The translations under genes were made by a program, and so were the position numbers. A stretch of DNA of 64,000 nt, taken from assembly GCA_003599025.1 (NCBI GenBank), contig QZIL01000002.1, positions 1,371-65,370 on the forward strand. Reading direction: 5' to 3'. The stretch comes from Nitrospiraceae bacterium (GTDB taxonomy: Bacteria > Nitrospirota > Thermodesulfovibrionia > UBA6902). This document shows, one piece after another, positions 62,099 through 64,000 of this stretch. Under the pieces are notes generated by a model. It was not told where the DNA came from. It ran no database searches and saw only the letters and a program-made list of their open reading frames with translations. Within the stretch, counting starts at the first letter, position 1, and every line of letters begins with the position of its first letter.

Positions 62099-62989
62099 CT
62101 ATTTCCCCATGCCGCTTGCGGCCAGCTTTGCGTGCTCAGCCTTGTCGACCGTCACGTCACAGAACAGTTTTTCCCCTCCGAATGGATGCCTGTAGTTAAT
62201 GGTAATAATTTCGTCAGTTACGTCGGTAATACGGCCTACAAGGGGACCGCTGCGGACCAGGCTGCCTTTGCGGGCTTTGATATCGAGTTTATAATTCTTT
62301 TCATCATGATAAATACGTCCCAGTCCAAAAGGTGTCTGTATCACATCTCCGGGAGTAGCGTTAAAACGGACCGTTACCTTCCCCCCGGTGACAGCGGTAA
62401 CTCTCCCCGGGAATGACGGGTCGATGCTAAATGATTGCCCTACTTCCGGTGACTTGCCGGTCCGGTCCGCGTATTCGTCCACCGGCATTGTCATTACCTT
62501 CGGCCGCGTGCGAACACGCGCCATTCGCAGTATGTAATACTCTTCGTCTTTCGCCGATGACTCCAGGGCAGTGATCTCCAGTTGACGCCGCTCTCCCTCT
62601 TGCATGCCGGCCACCGCTCTGGCAAGCCGTTCCAGGACCGCTTCATCAAAGGGCTCTTCAGGCCTTAATGGGAACGGCTCATCAGGGCGGACCGCTACAA
62701 CCGAGAGGGGGCCGGTCTCTTTTCTCGTGACAAAAATACCGGACTTCGACTGTTCATCGGGGACGCTGCCGGAGGCCGCGACCACTTCTCCGCTTTTCAA
62801 ACGGCATAAATAACTGATTTCAGCCCTGTCCCCGGTCTCAACAATCCCGGCCTTTGCAGTGTCTGAGACATCACCTTGAACATCCTTAGCAGTGTCTGCT
62901 GCCCAACTAAACACGGATTGCGTCAGCAGCAAAGCCGCCGTCAAACTGATCATAGTCCCGCGGGAAAATATCCGGGGATTACCCCTCAT
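62099..62989 (-). CDS. Secreted FKBP-type PPIase, SlyD-like with insert-in-flap domain
   Basis: Start taken at ATG 62989 (GGGGGAGAca-ATG), giving MRGNPRIFSRGTMISLTAALLLTQSVFSWA; the track ORF extends to 63079. GDRAEISYLCRLKSGEVV, VAGMQEGERRQLEI, and INYRHPFGGEKLFCDVTV match FKBP/SlyD (DFNHPLAGKxLxFxV). Confidence 0.7.
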   Translation of the reverse strand: MRGNPRIFSRGTMISLTAALLLTQSVFSWAADTAKDVQGDVSDTAKAGIVETGDRAEISYLCRLKSGEVVAASGSVPDEQSKSGIFVTRKETGPLSVVAVRPDEPFPLRPEEPFDEAVLERLARAVAGMQEGERRQLEITALESSAKDEEYYILRMARVRTRPKVMTMPVDEYADRTGKSPEVGQSFSIDPSFPGRVTAVTGGKVTVRFNATPGDVIQTPFGLGRIYHDEKNYKLDIKARKGSLVRSGPLVGRITDVTDEIITINYRHPFGGEKLFCDVTVDKAEHAKLAASGMGK

Positions 62990-63044
62990 TGTCTCCCCCA
63001 GCGATTGTGTCCGCGCAAAAACCTGTTTTTGATATGCCGATTTT

Positions 63045-63251
63045 TTATAAAGCTCCATGATGCACACCATTCCCTCCATTTTTCTTTATCCCGTTCCCTC
63101 CATGCATGAGCGCCGTCTGTGCGACTTCGACCTCCTCGGATTTTTCTACCCGCCCGAGGCTGCCCTGGGTGAAGTTGATTTTTAGGTACCCGCTGAATTC
63201 CTCATCGGAAAGACTCTTGATTGCATCGGCAAGTCTTTTCATTCTGTCCAT
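63045..63251 (-). CDS. Small protein, YezD/DUF2292-like; first gene of the TPS operon
   Basis: Start at ATG 63251 (ACAGGAGGTttatca-ATG). FSGYLKINFTQGSLGRVEKSEEVEV resembles the DUF2292 pattern (GSVTIxxxxGRVVQIEKTEK). Confidence 0.4.
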   Translation of the reverse strand: MDRMKRLADAIKSLSDEEFSGYLKINFTQGSLGRVEKSEEVEVAQTALMHGGNGIKKNGGNGVHHGAL

Positions 63252-63493
63252 TGATAAACCTCCTGTCATAAGTCAAACCTCGTGATATGAACTTATTGAA
63301 TTACACTTCAATGCCACACATTGGAAAGTAAATGCAACAGAGAATTACAAGTTGATGACTGGTATCGTACCACCCGCTTTGTTAATACATCATTACATGG
63401 TTGTTAAACTTTTATTAAAAGAAAGTAAGGGCGTCGGAGTAAAGATTTTTTCCATTCAGCCGATAATGAATGCCAGGATATGCAACACTATTA

Positions 63494-63584
63494 GTCGTTT
63501 TCGATAAAGGCAAACCATGGGCAACCATGGGACGCAAAGCCACGGGTCCCGATTATCGGGACAGCCGGGTCGCCGAAAAAACGA
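63494..63584 (+). ncRNA. c-di-GMP-I (GEMM-I) class riboswitch aptamer
   Basis: The conserved core is GGCAAACC(63509-16)-AUGG-GCAA-CCAU-GGGACGCAAAGCC(63529-41), with a 6-bp CCAUGG/CCAUGG stem capped by a GNRA loop. The second hairpin is CGG-GUCCCGA-UUA-UCGGGAC-AG-CCG, followed by GGGUCGCC. The closing P1 stem pairs UUUUCG(63498-503) with CGAAAA(63574-79). This is a near base-for-base match to the invariant blocks of the V. cholerae Vc2 aptamer as I remember it. Confidence 0.8.
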
Positions 63585-63638
63585 GTCCCTCCGGAGCAGG
63601 GCCGTTTTCGGTAAGCAAAACAGCTTTGGGAGGGATGG
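63585..63638 (+). promoter_or_regulatory. Riboswitch expression platform with anti-SD element
   Basis: UCCCUCC (63586-92) is complementary to the SD GGAGGGA (63629-35) of the protease gene. CCGUUUUCGG (63602-11) can compete for the 3' strand of P1. Confidence 0.5.
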
Positions 63639-64000
63639 ATGTTCAATCCGCAGAGGCTCATCGTCATTATTTTTTTTCTCATCGGCATTACTGCATCAGG
63701 AAGCAATAAGACAATCTCAGACCACACCTTAAAACCCCACTTTATTCCCCGCGATGTTTATTATTCATGGCAGTGGCATCTGCCCGGGATAAAGGCCCCT
63801 GCCGCATGGGACATTACAAGGGGAGACCCGGGGGTCATCATTGCGGTGCTTGATTCAGGAGTGGACAGCGCACACCCGAACTTAAGCGGAGGCAAGGTGA
63901 TGAACGGGTATAATTTTGTCGATGATACTTCAAATACATTGACCGATTCCTATGGACACGGGACCATGATCGCGGGAATTGCAGCGGCCCCCACTGGAAC
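63639..64000 (+). CDS. Subtilisin-like (S8) serine protease, N-terminal part; gene runs off the window end
   Basis: Not in the ORF track because there is no stop in the window. It reads MFNPQRLIVIIFFLIGITASG (signal) ...WHLPGIKAPAAWDITRGDPGVIIAVLDSGVDSAHPNL (catalytic Asp) ...DSYGHGTMIAGIAAA (catalytic His). Confidence 0.85.
   Translation, partial: MFNPQRLIVIIFFLIGITASGSNKTISDHTLKPHFIPRDVYYSWQWHLPGIKAPAAWDITRGDPGVIIAVLDSGVDSAHPNLSGGKVMNGYNFVDDTSNTLTDSYGHGTMIAGIAAAPTG

Noticed and set aside
61433-62416. A 327-aa ORF on the plus strand
   Set aside because: It lies entirely antisense to the well-supported tpsB and FKBP genes. Its sequence is low-complexity, Arg/Pro/Gly-rich and has no recognisable motif, which is typical of a shadow ORF in a coding region.
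63470-63732. Three listed ORFs (71-79 aa, both strands)
   Set aside because: They overlap the GEMM-I riboswitch and the true S8 protease start in other frames. The RNA element and the protease frame explain the region.
1-64000. A search for CRISPR arrays, rRNA/tRNA genes, integrases, transposases, reverse transcriptases and prophage blocks
   Set aside because: No regularly spaced repeats, conserved RNA gene motifs or mobile-element enzymes were recognised. The only mobility-like footprints are the TA-cassette direct repeats, the corA 3' duplication and the kinase-regulator inverted-repeat element, all reported above.

Overview
This is a 64-kb chromosomal segment from a diderm, apparently anaerobic bacterium. 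The taxon cannot be assigned by eye. GC is moderate and Arg codons are rich in AGG/AGA. I saw no rRNA, tRNA, CRISPR array, transposase or integrase.

Left half (1-31 kb), mostly housekeeping:
- OFA-type MFS fragment and a DUF4398 + OmpA lipoprotein pair.
- Radical-SAM/SPASM enzyme, YihY, der, an SLT transglycosylase and nadA.
- MidA-like methyltransferase, nifU-nifS, an ABC-F ATPase and a Cache/HAMP kinase with a NarL-type regulator.
- Transaldolase, then a thiol/selenol redox island: DsrC-like protein, cytochrome c, a thioredoxin-fold gene with an in-frame TGA, and a PDO-TrxR fusion.
- A small accessory patch (DUF3368-PIN/UPF0175 toxin-antitoxin cassette, DUF4143 ATPase), dgkA and pstSCAB-phoU.

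The right half holds two unusual loci:
- 31-43 kb: four paralogous CxxC-less HMA-like domains, a DUF5132 protein and an Ala/Gly/Val-repeat protein. Alongside is a translationally coupled trio of a P2-type ATPase (with an N-terminal HMA-like domain), a divergent MetK-like protein and CorA. A 1-kb insert bracketed by duplicated corA 3' ends follows.
- 43.4-63.3 kb: a ~20-kb minus-strand operon. A two-partner secretion pair (TpsB plus a 3468-aa TpsA) is flanked by its own DUF2341-LamG-ExbB fusion, ExbD, TonB, two periplasmic PPIases, a coiled-coil/beta-barrel OM protein and a coiled-coil membrane protein. This is my best candidate for an undescribed system.

Divergent from that operon, a c-di-GMP-I (GEMM-I) class riboswitch precedes a subtilisin-like (S8) protease gene that runs off the window.

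Other calls made from the sequence and not present in the ORF track:
- a UxxC selenoprotein with a candidate SECIS;
- a frameshifted antitoxin;
- a self-contained 34-codon gene (promoter, SD, terminator) upstream of the rSAM/SPASM gene;
- a structured inverted-repeat element between the kinase and regulator genes.

All family assignments come from motif recognition by eye. No database search was run.
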